DNA from: Candidatus Bathyarchaeia archaeon | Lineage (GTDB): Archaea; Thermoproteota; Bathyarchaeia; Bathyarchaeales; Bathycorpusculaceae | Length of the DNA stretch: 64,000 bases | Reading direction: 5' to 3' | NCBI GenBank assembly: GCA_038882955.1 | Contig: JAVZNC010000006.1 | Span: 16,442-80,441 of the forward strand | Part shown: positions 29,014 through 38,682 of the stretch, one piece after another | Position numbering within the stretch: the stretch's first letter is position 1 | Layout of the letters: the number at the start of each line of letters is the position of its first letter | Position numbers and translations under genes: made by a program | The notes under the pieces: model-generated | The model's input: only the letters and a program-made list of their open reading frames with translations | The model's database searches: none | Told to the model about the DNA's origin: nothing

Positions 29014-29634
29014 TTATTCTTTTTCTGCGATTAAAACTCGGTATCCGCTTTTTCTTGCGTGCACCTTAACGTTTCCAAAAGCTTCTTTGAAAATGTTTTG
29101 CATTCTTTCTCCACAGATTTTTGATTTTAGAACCATTTGGAAAGTAGCTCCATGCGTTATGTGTTCTGGTGCTTTGGAAACTATTGCCTTGACGGTTTTT
29201 ATTCCAGCACTTACTGGTGGGTTTGAGAGAATACAATTGAATTTTAAGTTTTTAACTGGCTCGTATAGGATGCCGCGTTTAACCGTGGCATTGTAGACTT
29301 TGTTTACTTGTATATTTTGTCTTGCAAGCCAAACAGCCCTCTCATTTACGTCGACCATTACCACGTGTAATTTTGGATTGAGTTTGGCTGCTGCTATTCC
29401 AACGGCGCCGTAACCGCATCCGACATCCAACACGTGTCCTTCTTCTGGAAGAGACATAGACTCGATTAGTAATCTAGTGCCCAAATCCACGCGTTTCTTT
29501 GAAAAAACGCCAGACGCTGTTAAAAATTCGAATTGTTTTCCTCGAAGATATGTGCGTACAAGTCCAAGCTTTATCTTTGACCTTTGTTCAGCAGTGAAAT
29601 AGTGGCTGAAGGCATTTGCTTTATTATGCGTCAT
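29014..29634 (-). CDS. RsmC-like class I SAM methyltransferase
   Basis: SHYF, SGVFSKKRVDLGTRLL, LDVGCGYG, SNPP; ATGA overlap with cbf5 stop. Confidence 0.88.
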   Translation of the reverse strand: MTHNKANAFSHYFTAEQRSKIKLGLVRTYLRGKQFEFLTASGVFSKKRVDLGTRLLIESMSLPEEGHVLDVGCGYGAVGIAAAKLNPKLHVVMVDVNERAVWLARQNIQVNKVYNATVKRGILYEPVKNLKFNCILSNPPVSAGIKTVKAIVSKAPEHITHGATFQMVLKSKICGERMQNIFKEAFGNVKVHARKSGYRVLIAEKE

Positions 29635-30657
29635 ATTTCTCCGCTTTTCCAACATTTGGGGTAAGTGCCCCTTGGCATGAGCACCCTTTCAGTTTTAGCT
29701 ACAATACCATGATTCATGTTCAAGATTTCCTCTGCGGATGCAACGGCTTTAGCTAAGGCTACGGCTTCGCCCTTCAATGTGAATATAGCCACAACTGAGC
29801 CTAGGTCTATTCCAGTTTCAAGCGATAACACGCCTGGTGCTGTTAGGCTTGCACCGTGGCAGATTGCCTCAACGGCTGAATCTCTAACGTAAATTTTTGG
29901 GATAAGCGCCAAAGCCTTTTCCATTGGCTGTATGAATTTTCTCAAGATTTCGTCGTCTTTTCTTTCTTGCCATTCCCTAAACCAGTATGCAACCTCGTGC
30001 AGTGTGGCTATTCCCTCGTTTTCGATGAAAGGTCCCGCCCTTGTTCTGCGTAGTTCTTGCATGTGCGCCCCGCATCCGAGAACTTCTCCGATGTCGTAGC
30101 ATAGTTTACGTATGTATGTTCCGCCTTCACAACCAACCTTGAAAAGAACGTTTCGCCCACTCATTTCCAAAAACTCGTTGTAATAGATTTTCCTTGTCCT
30201 AAGCCTCCGCTTCACAGAAGCTCTTACAGGCGGTTTCTGATAAATCGTGTCCTCAAATTCACTCAAGACTTCTCTAACACGGTCTTCAGATACATCGGCG
30301 TGCAGCTTCATTAGGCAAACGTATTCTTTTCCACTGTAGAGCAGAGCCTGAACAACCCTTCTTGATTCCTCAAGTGTTATTGGCAGTACACCGGTCACGT
30401 TGGGGTTTCTCTGGCGTTTATCGCGCCCCTAGAGTCCCGCCGTGACCGACTTGCTTTAGGTTTAGGATGCGTTTGACCCAAGCAGCAATTTCGTGGCTTG
30501 TTGGGCCGGCTGGTTTGTCAAGGTTTATTACGCCGTAGCGTATGTATTCTTCGGCTGGTCTTTCTTCTGGTTTGTGTCCGTACTTCGGATCTGTTTTGTC
30601 TTCGGCTTTAACTATTGTTTTGCGTTCAATTTCCCATGGCGGAATGCTTCTTGGCAT
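29631..30657 (-). CDS. cbf5: H/ACA RNA-guided pseudouridine synthase Cbf5 in two exons (30657-30429 and 30406-29631)
   Basis: Exon 1 [15 protein letters not shown]...GHGGTL; exon 2 [33 protein letters not shown] domain; removing 30407-30428 restores GHGGTLDPNVTG. Confidence 0.93.
30407..30428 (-). other. Bulge-helix-bulge intron in cbf5 mRNA (22 nt)
   Basis: Coding strand CTCT-AG|G-GGCG-CGATAAA-CGCC-AGAG-AA|A: 4-bp CTCT/AGAG helix, two 3-nt bulges, GGCG/CGCC hairpin; contains in-frame TAA. Confidence 0.92.
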
Positions 30658-30710
30658 GAGTTGATGCATCACTCCCTTATTTTATACTGAGAAGTAAGAG
30701 GTATAATAGT

Positions 30711-31007
30711 TTAAACTGGAGTTATTTTTGGCTTAATAACTTGCGTCATCTCCTCGATTTTGCCAACTTCCTTAAGTGCCTCCATAACTTCCTCGTCTGT
30801 TGCGCCTCTCTTAATGTTTATCTTTTCTTGTAATGGCTCAACGTGGTTTACGTTTGCCCTTCGCCTTTTCACGCCAGTCAAATTTTTGGGTCCTGTGATT
30901 AAAACGAAGCTTTTGTCTATAACGTCAACTATTACACATTTTCTTCCAGCCTCTCGCCCAGTAAGTTTAAGGCATATTCTACCAACTTCTATTGCTGGCA
31001 TTTCCAA
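30711..31007 (-). CDS. rpl14e: 50S ribosomal protein eL14
   Basis: [37 protein letters not shown]. Confidence 0.96.
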   Translation of the reverse strand: MEMPAIEVGRICLKLTGREAGRKCVIVDVIDKSFVLITGPKNLTGVKRRRANVNHVEPLQEKINIKRGATDEEVMEALKEVGKIEEMTQVIKPKITPV

Positions 31008-31087
31008 ATCACCTCTAGAATTGTATAGAAACCGTTTAAAGACATATATTTAATGATTGCTCAATTATAGGTTAGGCTTGGATTAGA

Positions 31088-31558
31088 ATGGCAAAAAGCA
31101 AAACATGGTTTGAAAAACTTGTGAGTAGCAAGGATTTGCCGAAGGTGCAGAAGATTAGTGGAAAAATGAGTAAACGTTGGGGCGAGGGCACAATGGTTAT
31201 TCCAGCGCCAATTGAAGTTGACGAGATTATGAGAAAAGTGCCCAAGGGAAAGTTGATGACCATAAACGAAATTCGCATAGCCCTAGCTAAAAAACACAAA
31301 GCAACAATTGCTTGTCTCATGACTACTGGTATGTTCGCATGGATTGCTGCAAACGCTGCAGAAGAGCAGAGGCAAAAAGGCGAGAGGAATTTTACTCCTT
31401 ACTGGCGCACATTAAAGGTTGGCGGAGTAATAAACGAGAAATATCCTGGCGGGGTTGAAGAGCAGAAGCGGCTTTTAGAGAATGAGGGACACAAGGTGAT
31501 AAAGAAGGGAAAGAACTTCATCGTTGCTGATTATGAAAATTTTCTGGTTAAGCCATGA
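31088..31558 (+). CDS. MGMT/alkyltransferase-like DNA-binding protein
   Basis: VPKGKL.T, PYWRTL in place of PCHRV, QKRLLENEG. Confidence 0.75.
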   Translation: MAKSKTWFEKLVSSKDLPKVQKISGKMSKRWGEGTMVIPAPIEVDEIMRKVPKGKLMTINEIRIALAKKHKATIACLMTTGMFAWIAANAAEEQRQKGERNFTPYWRTLKVGGVINEKYPGGVEEQKRLLENEGHKVIKKGKNFIVADYENFLVKP

Positions 31559-32903
31559 ACTTTTCAACAACGTTGTAGAGGACGCTTGTTCCGAAAATTA
31601 AATTTTGTATTGATATGTGCTCATCTATTCCGTGAACCATTTTCAATATTTCCCCGTAGGGTAAGTCTGCTTGCATTGGTTGAAAACCATAGCACACGCT
31701 GCCCAATGCTCTGAAAAATCTGGAATCCGTTCCGCCAGTTAACATGAGCGGTGCCGCCAAGCAGTTTGGCTCAAACTCTCTTAGGGTTTCCACAATGCTC
31801 TTGTACAACGGGGTGTTCATGGGTGATTCTGAAGGTTCGTTGGCTTGGATTTTTTCAAATTCAAGTTTTTCCAAGTTAACGTCTTTCAGCAACTCTTTGA
31901 TTTCTTCCATAGCTTGTGCTGTTGTTTTTCCTGGCAAAATTCTGCAGTCAAATACTGCCTCGCATTCCGATGGTATTATGTTTTCTTTTACGCCACCGTG
32001 AATCATTGTTGGCGCTATTGTCATCCTCAACATTGCACGGATGTCCTCGGCTACTGCCCTATCCATTTTGGAAAGCTCATCAAGCACCTTGTCGGCTTCA
32101 GCTGGTTTTTTGAGGATGGATGAAAGGTACGGTTTTAATTGCTTGTTTCCTTCCGCAATTGCCTCCAAATAATATTTAGTTGTTGATGTAAGCGATATCG
32201 CTGAGCGATAATTGCCAAGCTTATCCACAACTTTGTTAATGCGTATTATAGCGTTGTCCGCCAAACCAGGTTTTGAGCCGTGTCCTGGTCTACCCTTCGC
32301 CTTGATTTTCAGCCACAAAATTCCCTTTTCAGACGTTTGAATCGTGTAGATGTTTCTGCCGTCATCGGCTGGTATTGCAAAACCGCCGCCCTCGTTTATA
32401 ACGTAGCCTGCCCGAACCTTTTCTGGGTAATTGCGCACAAGCCATCCAGCTCCAGCTTCTCCGCCCTTTTCTTCGTCTGCTGTCGCTGCCAATATTACGT
32501 CTCCCTTGAGTTTCACACGGTTCCTTTTCAGAAGTTTCATAACCATAATTTCGATGGCGGTCATGGACTTCATGTCTAGTGCACCTCTTCCCCAAACGAA
32601 ACCGTCATTAACCATCCCAGAGAATGGGTCAACGCTCCATTCCTTTGGGTTTGCTGCTACAACGTCTAGATGCGAAAGTAGCAATAAGCTTGGTTTTTCG
32701 CCGCTTCCTTTTAGGCGTGTGATCACGCTGCCTCTTCCAGGGGCCGACTCAAAGAGCTCACATTTGAATCCGTCTTTCTCCAAAGTTTTTGCCACGTATT
32801 TTGCGGCTTCAGTCTCGTTTCCAGGAGGGTTTGTCGTGTTTATACGAATTAAGCCGCTGAGAAGGCTTGTAACTTCCTTCTCAACCTCTTTAATTAGTCG
32901 CAT
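31548..32903 (-). CDS. M20/M25/M40 metallo-hydrolase (ArgE/DapE-like)
   Basis: SHLDVV, WGRGALDMK, ADEE, NEGG, GHGS, GGTDSRFF, HGIDEH. Confidence 0.9.
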   Translation of the reverse strand: MRLIKEVEKEVTSLLSGLIRINTTNPPGNETEAAKYVAKTLEKDGFKCELFESAPGRGSVITRLKGSGEKPSLLLLSHLDVVAANPKEWSVDPFSGMVNDGFVWGRGALDMKSMTAIEIMVMKLLKRNRVKLKGDVILAATADEEKGGEAGAGWLVRNYPEKVRAGYVINEGGGFAIPADDGRNIYTIQTSEKGILWLKIKAKGRPGHGSKPGLADNAIIRINKVVDKLGNYRSAISLTSTTKYYLEAIAEGNKQLKPYLSSILKKPAEADKVLDELSKMDRAVAEDIRAMLRMTIAPTMIHGGVKENIIPSECEAVFDCRILPGKTTAQAMEEIKELLKDVNLEKLEFEKIQANEPSESPMNTPLYKSIVETLREFEPNCLAAPLMLTGGTDSRFFRALGSVCYGFQPMQADLPYGEILKMVHGIDEHISIQNLIFGTSVLYNVVEKFMA

Positions 32904-32971
32904 TTGTAGGCATCTCGCTTTTCTTTATCTGTCCTAACGTTTAAGCTGGTCTAACCGTTTAAGCTTTACAT

Positions 32972-33318
32972 TTAGCATGTCAAATGGAAGGCGCCGACCA
33001 CGCACTTTTTTGATTTTAGAAGTTTGTTGAATGTTTGGCAAGCTTCCTTTGTCGGCTGAGTTATTAACGTGATTCCTTGAGATTTTAAGGCGTTTTCGAC
33101 TTCTGGCAAAATTTTCACTATACCATAATAGCCAGTTCCGATTACAAGGGTTTCTGGTTTTGACTCGCTGTTAAGAACTTCCTTTAAATCTTCTAGACAA
33201 ACTTTGTGTCCTTCCCTTCTCCACCAACCGTCAAAACTCTCTCTGGAAAAATTATAACATCGCTTGTGTACCTTTTGCCGTTGACAACTATAACGCCGAA
33301 ATCGTAGGAATCTATCAA
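32972..33318 (-). pseudogene. Mth938-like (DUF498) protein with a single-base frameshift
   Basis: Manual translation MIDSYDFGVIVVNGKRYTSDVIIFPERV / DGWWRREGHKVCLEDL...LVIGTGYYG...PTKEACQTFN...VGAFHLTC*; 347 nt, one base missing near 33233-33236. Confidence 0.8.
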
Positions 33319-33400
33319 CGTGTTTCCTCCAGCAAAGATTTTAGGATAACAGAAGCTTAAATTTCTTAACCGCCACCATCATTCCTTATCAAAAGGGAAA

Positions 33401-33988
33401 ATGGCAATGCGCGTGCTAAAGCGAAGTTTTTACGAAAGAGATCCCGCATGCGTCGCAAAAGAACTTTTGGGAAAAAGGTTAATTAGAAGGCTGAATTCGG
33501 AGACTCTTTCTGGAAGAATTGTTGAAACAGAAGCCTACTACGGCGAAAAAGACCCAGCCTCAAAGGCGTATAAAGGTAGGAAAAATTTTAATGAACCCAT
33601 GTTTCTCGATGTCGGCAAAGCGTTTATTTACATGGTTCATGGGAATTGGCTTCTAAACATAGTTGCGCATCCGAAAGGCGATGTTGGAGCAGTTTTAATA
33701 AGAGCTTTAGAGCCATTAGACGGTATAGAAATCATGCAAACCAACCGAAACATAAAGATCTTGTATAAGCTAACAAGTGGTCCTGGGATGCTAACCAGGT
33801 CTTTGGCAATAACCAAGGCGCTCAATGGTATTGATGTAACCGAAGCGGACAGCCCTTTGCTTATAGTTGCGGATGACAAGGGGATTTTTGAGATTGGTTC
33901 TTCTCGCAGAGTAGGCGTCAAGGCTGATTTGCCTCGAAACTTAAGATTTTTCATTAAAGAGAACAAGTTTGTTTCGAGAGTTCCGTAA
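33401..33988 (+). CDS. DNA-3-methyladenine glycosylase (MPG/AAG family)
   Basis: VAKELLGK, GRIVETEAY, AVLIRALEP, TSGPG.L, RVGV. Confidence 0.92.
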   Translation: MAMRVLKRSFYERDPACVAKELLGKRLIRRLNSETLSGRIVETEAYYGEKDPASKAYKGRKNFNEPMFLDVGKAFIYMVHGNWLLNIVAHPKGDVGAVLIRALEPLDGIEIMQTNRNIKILYKLTSGPGMLTRSLAITKALNGIDVTEADSPLLIVADDKGIFEIGSSRRVGVKADLPRNLRFFIKENKFVSRVP

Positions 33989-34044
33989 AATGGTTTAGAA
34001 GCACTTTTATTTTCAGTATTATACAAGATTCTTGAGGACTCTGG

Positions 34045-34587
34045 ATGGCTGTCCAGCAACCCCAACATTTTCAGCTCCGCGAATCCACACCAGCAAAAAT
34101 TGTTGGGTTAATTTCTGACACGCATATACCAGTTAGAGCCAGAAGCATTCCAAAAAAGGTTTTTGAGGTTTTTGAAAAAGCAGATTTCATAGTTCATGCT
34201 GGAGACTTGGTTGACATGTCCGTCTTGGACGAGTTGGAGCAACTTGCGCCAGTTTTGGCTGTTTACGGAAACATGGATGGACCAGAAGTTCGAGGAAAAC
34301 TGCCAAAAATGAACTCCTTCAAAATTTTTGAGTGGAAAATTGGGGTTATGCATGACCCTGGAGCGCTTTTTGGGATGAGTAAGATGCGTGAGATTGTTAA
34401 GCAGAACGGCTTTAACGTTTTGGTTTATGGGCATACGCATAATCCCAGCATAAAGTGGGAAGCCGAACTCTTATTCATAAATCCTGGAAGTCCAACGAAC
34501 CCTATTCCGCCATTTATAATAAAGCCTAGTGTGGGTTTGTTGAGGGTGACGAAGGAGAAGATTATGCCAGAAATAATCCAAATATAA
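34045..34587 (+). CDS. Metallophosphoesterase (YfcE/MJ0936 family)
   Basis: ISDTH, HAGD, GNMD, GHTH, NPGS. Confidence 0.92.
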   Translation: MAVQQPQHFQLRESTPAKIVGLISDTHIPVRARSIPKKVFEVFEKADFIVHAGDLVDMSVLDELEQLAPVLAVYGNMDGPEVRGKLPKMNSFKIFEWKIGVMHDPGALFGMSKMREIVKQNGFNVLVYGHTHNPSIKWEAELLFINPGSPTNPIPPFIIKPSVGLLRVTKEKIMPEIIQI

Positions 34588-34600
34588 AGGTATATGTGAA

Positions 34601-35044
34601 TCAGGTCTTTGCGAATAAGCGCCTATATTCTTGCATCATGCACTTATCCATGATAACAATCAAGCCTGCTTCTTCTGCGGTTTTGGCTGCCTTCTCGTTT
34701 ATGATTCCAAGCTGCATCCAAATCACGTTCGGCTTCCCAAACTTCTCCTTTAACCGAACTGCCTCATGAACTATTGGCAAAACTTCCTCCGCTGGTCGGA
34801 AAATGTCAACAATTTCAATTGTTTTTTGAACTTCCTCTGGCATTTCTAATAGGCTCTTATAGCATTTCTCGCCCAAAATCTCTTCAGCAAACGGATTTAC
34901 TGGTATAATCTTAAAGCCTTCCCTTTTCAAGCGTTCAGCCACCAAATAACTGTCCTTCGATGGATCACGGGACAACCCCACAACAGCAACAGTTCTATAA
35001 AGTGAAAGAATTTTTTGCATTTCAGCGTCTTGAGGCATTTTCAC
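34601..35044 (-). CDS. CoA-binding protein (YccU family)
   Basis: VAVVGLS, IPVNP, IVDIFR, WMQLGI, IMDKC. Confidence 0.9.
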   Translation of the reverse strand: MKMPQDAEMQKILSLYRTVAVVGLSRDPSKDSYLVAERLKREGFKIIPVNPFAEEILGEKCYKSLLEMPEEVQKTIEIVDIFRPAEEVLPIVHEAVRLKEKFGKPNVIWMQLGIINEKAAKTAEEAGLIVIMDKCMMQEYRRLFAKT

Positions 35045-35150
35045 TTTAACTCAACTCTCTCCACTGCCAATGAATGTCGTATCACGAACAGCCTTAAAAG
35101 CAAACTATGCGCAAACCACAAATTAAGGCTTGTTAGAGGAGGTTCGCTTA

Positions 35151-35288
35151 ATGGAACGTTGCAGAAACCCTTGGAATAGGGAATGCAAGAGCGACGACAT
35201 AGAAGTTTACATAATGTTTAGAGGCGAAAAACTTCCCATATGTCGGCGCTGTTGGAGTAAAATTGCAGTTAAAGACTTGGAGTGGTAG
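35151..35288 (+). CDS. 45-aa Cys-rich microprotein (putative zinc finger)
   Basis: Not in ORF track: MERCRNPWNRECKSDDIEVYIMFRGEKLPICRRCWSKIAVKDLEW, preceded by GAGGAGG; 3 nt from next ORF. Confidence 0.7.
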   Translation: MERCRNPWNRECKSDDIEVYIMFRGEKLPICRRCWSKIAVKDLEW

Positions 35289-35291
35289 TGG

Positions 35292-35537
35292 ATGGAACGA
35301 TTCAACCTTAACATAGCGAAAACGTTCTTAGGCAAAAACGTTAACCTTCACCTGAAAGACGGTTCGGTCATAGTTAACGTACAATTTTTAGAGTTTATGA
35401 AGGACAAGTTTGGGAAAGAAACTTTTGTTAGGTGTGTTCCTTATGGGAAGAGGAACGAGCTTAAAGTGCCGCTTAGGAGTATAGCGTGGGCTGAGCAGTT
35501 AAACCTAAACTTGATACTGCCAAAAAGCGAGGATTAA
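35292..35537 (+). CDS. Hypothetical protein, possible Sm/LSm-like fold
   Basis: LGKNVNLHLKDGSVIVNV resembles Sm1; VPLRSIAWAE resembles Sm2. Confidence 0.6.
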   Translation: MERFNLNIAKTFLGKNVNLHLKDGSVIVNVQFLEFMKDKFGKETFVRCVPYGKRNELKVPLRSIAWAEQLNLNLILPKSED

Positions 35538-35624
35538 AACGACTTTTGTTCAAGAAGCCTTTTTACACGAACGTGGCAAACAACCTTAAATAAATCTGCA
35601 ATAATTTTCACAACGGTGATATGC

Positions 35625-36623
35625 GTGCCGTGCATGGTTATTGCTGGAGCTTTCTGGGGAGACGAGGGTAAGGGCAAAATAATCTCCTATTTGGCTTTGA
35701 AGGATAAACTGGATGTTTGTGTTAGAACTGGTTCTGTCAATGCTGCGCACACGGTTTGGTTTGAGGGGAAACGTTACGCCTTGCACATGGTTCCAGCAGC
35801 GTTTGTATATGAGAAATGCCGCCTACTGATAGGTGCAGGCTCAAATGTTCACGTTGCACAATTTCTCAAGGAAGTTGAGGAGACAAACGTCAAAAACAGG
35901 ATAGGCGTGGATGCGCAAGCCTCCATAATTGAGGAGAAACATTCGACGCAGGACAAGACAAGCGCGCACCTAAAGGGAATCGGGACAACTGGTTGGGGTG
36001 TAGGTCCAGCAATAGAAGAACGTGTACGCAGAACAGCAAAGCTCGCAAAGGACATACCCGAACTAAAGCCATACATAACAGACGCCGCAGAAGAAGCAAA
36101 CAACGCAATAGACGCAAACAAAAAGGTTTTGCTTGAAGGGACACAGGGCTTGATGCTTTCACTTTTCCATGGAACATACCCCTACGTTACTGGAAGAGAC
36201 ACAAGCGCTGCAGCAATATGCTCCGAAGCGGGCGTCGGACCAACAAGAGTCAACGAAGTCCTAATAGTTTTCAAGTCTTTCATGACCCGTGTTGGAGCTG
36301 GTCCGCTTCCAGGAGAACTTACGAAAGAGGAAGCCATAAAACGGGGATGGTTTGAAACTGCCGCTGGAACTGGACGCGACAGGCGTTCAGCCCCCTTTAA
36401 TTTTGAGATTGCCAAGAAAGCCGTAAAAATTAACGGCGCAACGCAAGCAGCACTGACAAAGCTTGACAGTGTATACCCGCAATGTAAGGGCGCAAGAAGC
36501 TTTGATGAACTTCCAAGCAATGCGAAGGAGTTTTTGAGGGAAATCGAGCGTCAAGTTGGCATTCCAGTTGTGCTTATCGGCACTGGACCAGAAGCCCTAG
36601 ACATAATTGACCGAAGAAAATGA
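35625..36623 (+). CDS. purA: Adenylosuccinate synthetase (short archaeal type)
   Basis: WGDEGKGKI, NAAHTV, IGTTGWGVGP, EGTQG, YPYVT, TRVGAGP, TKLD. Confidence 0.95.
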   Translation: MPCMVIAGAFWGDEGKGKIISYLALKDKLDVCVRTGSVNAAHTVWFEGKRYALHMVPAAFVYEKCRLLIGAGSNVHVAQFLKEVEETNVKNRIGVDAQASIIEEKHSTQDKTSAHLKGIGTTGWGVGPAIEERVRRTAKLAKDIPELKPYITDAAEEANNAIDANKKVLLEGTQGLMLSLFHGTYPYVTGRDTSAAAICSEAGVGPTRVNEVLIVFKSFMTRVGAGPLPGELTKEEAIKRGWFETAAGTGRDRRSAPFNFEIAKKAVKINGATQAALTKLDSVYPQCKGARSFDELPSNAKEFLREIERQVGIPVVLIGTGPEALDIIDRRK

Positions 36624-36697
36624 TGGTGAAACTCTAACTTAAAGGTTAAAAGTATTTAACGGCATCTTCTGGAAATTGTGAGAGAGGAGTTTTTACC

Positions 36698-38623
36698 TTG
36701 GCATCCAACATTTGGGCAAAGCCGCAAACACATAGAATAGAGTATTCGCCGAAGCTGAAGTCTATGCTTAAGAGGGCTTTAGAGAACACTGAAGATTTTT
36801 GGGGAGAAATCGCCGCGGAACTGCACTGGTTTAGGCGTTGGGACAAGGTTTTCGAGTGGAACTATCCAAACTTCTCATGGTTTAAGGGCGGAATAACAAA
36901 CATAGCCTACAACTGCCTAGAAAACAACATCGCAAAAGGCAGAGGCAATAACGCAGCAATAATATACGAGAATGGCGAAGGCTTACCAACACGCGTCATA
37001 ACATACAGCCAACTTTTACACGAGGCTAAACGTTTCGCCTCAGCCCTCAAGGCTTTAGAGGTTAACAAGGGCGACAGAATAACAATTTACATGCCAATGG
37101 TTCCAGAAGCCGCCATTGCAATGCTCGCATCAGCCCGTATCGGCGCTATTCACTCTGTTGTCTTTGGAGGATTTGGTTATGGCGCCCTGGCAGATAGGAT
37201 TGAAGATGCTGCGCCAAAAGTTGTTGTAACTGCAGATGTTGGTTATAGACGTGGCGGAACAGTCAACCTCAAAGAAGTTGTTGACGAAGCCTTAAAGGCG
37301 GCGGGAAAAAGCGTGGAAAAAGTTGTCGTTTTAAAGCGAAGCCAAAAAGACTTGCCTCTAATTTCTGGTAGAGATTTACTTTGGGAAGACGCGGTCGAAA
37401 AGGGCAGCAACGTTAGCGCTGAAGTTGAAAAAATGGGTGCTGATGAACCGCTTTTCATTCTGTACACTTCTGGCACCATGGCTAAACCAAAAGGAACGGT
37501 TCAAACGCACGGAGGCTATCAAGTTTACATTTACGCCATGGGCAAGTGGGTTTACGACATGCGCGAAAACGACGTTTGGTGGTCAACATCAGACATAGGA
37601 TGGATAGTTGGACACAGCTATGTTGTTTATGCGCCATTACTTTTCGGCTGCACAACAATAATGTATGAAGGTACGCCAGACCACCCAGCGCCAGACGTTT
37701 GGTGGCAAATAGTCGAGAGAAACCGCGTTACAAAACTTTGGCTTTCACCGACAAGCGCGAGAGCCCTAATGAAATACGGCGAAGAATGGCCCAAAAAACA
37801 CGATTTAAGCTCAGTTAAAGCTGTATTCTGCGCTGGAGAAGTTTTAAATCCGCCAGCTTGGGAGTGGCTCCAAAAGAAAGTCTTCGGGGATAAGGTTCCA
37901 GTAATAGACCATATGTGGCAAACAGAAAGCAGCGGACCCATGGTGGGCAACCCCTACGGCATAGAGCTACTGCCAATAAAACCAAGCTCAGCTGGGATTT
38001 CGCTTCCTGGTATAGACGCGGAGATAGTTGATGATGACGGTAAACCCGTTTCGGTTGGTGTTGAAGGAGCATTTGTGTGTAAAAGGCCGTTTCCGGGCTT
38101 GGCGCCTACGCTTTGGAGGGACCATGAACGTTACGTGCAGGATTATTGGAATAGGATTCCGGGTTTTTATTATACTGGTGATGCAGCCTTCAGGGATGAG
38201 GATGGCTACATCTGGTTTTTGGGGAGAAGAGACGAGGTTATCAAGATTTCAGCCCACAGAATCGGCACTATAGAAATTGAAAGTGCGTTGCTTCAGCATT
38301 CTGCTGTTGCAGAGGCGGCTGTTGTTGGGCGTCCAGACCAAGTAAAGGGCGAAACGGCATGTGCCCTAATTGTTTTGAAGGGCGGGTATAAGCCAACTGA
38401 CGCGCTTAAGCGTGAATTGGCAGATTCGGTTAAGAAAACCCTTGGTCCAATAGTTGTTATAAGCGAAATATTCTTTGTGGATAAGCTTCCAAAAACCAGA
38501 AGCGGCAAGATAATGCGCAGACTGATAAAGGCGCTGATAACTGGCTCGCCCCTTGGCGATTATTCGACAATAGATGATGAAACGGCGATTGAAGAAGTGA
38601 AGAAAGCCTTAAAAAAAGCATAA
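36698..38623 (+). CDS. acs: Acetyl-CoA synthetase (AMP-forming)
   Basis: LFILYTSGTMAKPKG, SDIGWIVGHSY, WQTES, YYTGD, LPKTRSGKIMRR. Confidence 0.92.
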   Translation: MASNIWAKPQTHRIEYSPKLKSMLKRALENTEDFWGEIAAELHWFRRWDKVFEWNYPNFSWFKGGITNIAYNCLENNIAKGRGNNAAIIYENGEGLPTRVITYSQLLHEAKRFASALKALEVNKGDRITIYMPMVPEAAIAMLASARIGAIHSVVFGGFGYGALADRIEDAAPKVVVTADVGYRRGGTVNLKEVVDEALKAAGKSVEKVVVLKRSQKDLPLISGRDLLWEDAVEKGSNVSAEVEKMGADEPLFILYTSGTMAKPKGTVQTHGGYQVYIYAMGKWVYDMRENDVWWSTSDIGWIVGHSYVVYAPLLFGCTTIMYEGTPDHPAPDVWWQIVERNRVTKLWLSPTSARALMKYGEEWPKKHDLSSVKAVFCAGEVLNPPAWEWLQKKVFGDKVPVIDHMWQTESSGPMVGNPYGIELLPIKPSSAGISLPGIDAEIVDDDGKPVSVGVEGAFVCKRPFPGLAPTLWRDHERYVQDYWNRIPGFYYTGDAAFRDEDGYIWFLGRRDEVIKISAHRIGTIEIESALLQHSAVAEAAVVGRPDQVKGETACALIVLKGGYKPTDALKRELADSVKKTLGPIVVISEIFFVDKLPKTRSGKIMRRLIKALITGSPLGDYSTIDDETAIEEVKKALKKA

Positions 38624-38682
38624 GCGCCAAAAGCCATAATAATTTTATCTTAACTGTTTATCGGAGCCTCGAGGCTTCAAGC

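Noticed and set aside
30418-30672. Stand-alone 84-aa gene, split pseudogene or programmed frameshift for cbf5
   Set aside because: Exact restoration of the catalytic Asp codon plus a BHB fold is better explained by an intron.
33225-33260. BHB intron as the cause of the Mth938-like frameshift
   Set aside because: The protein is colinear across the break with one base missing, not extra, and no BHB pairing is visible.
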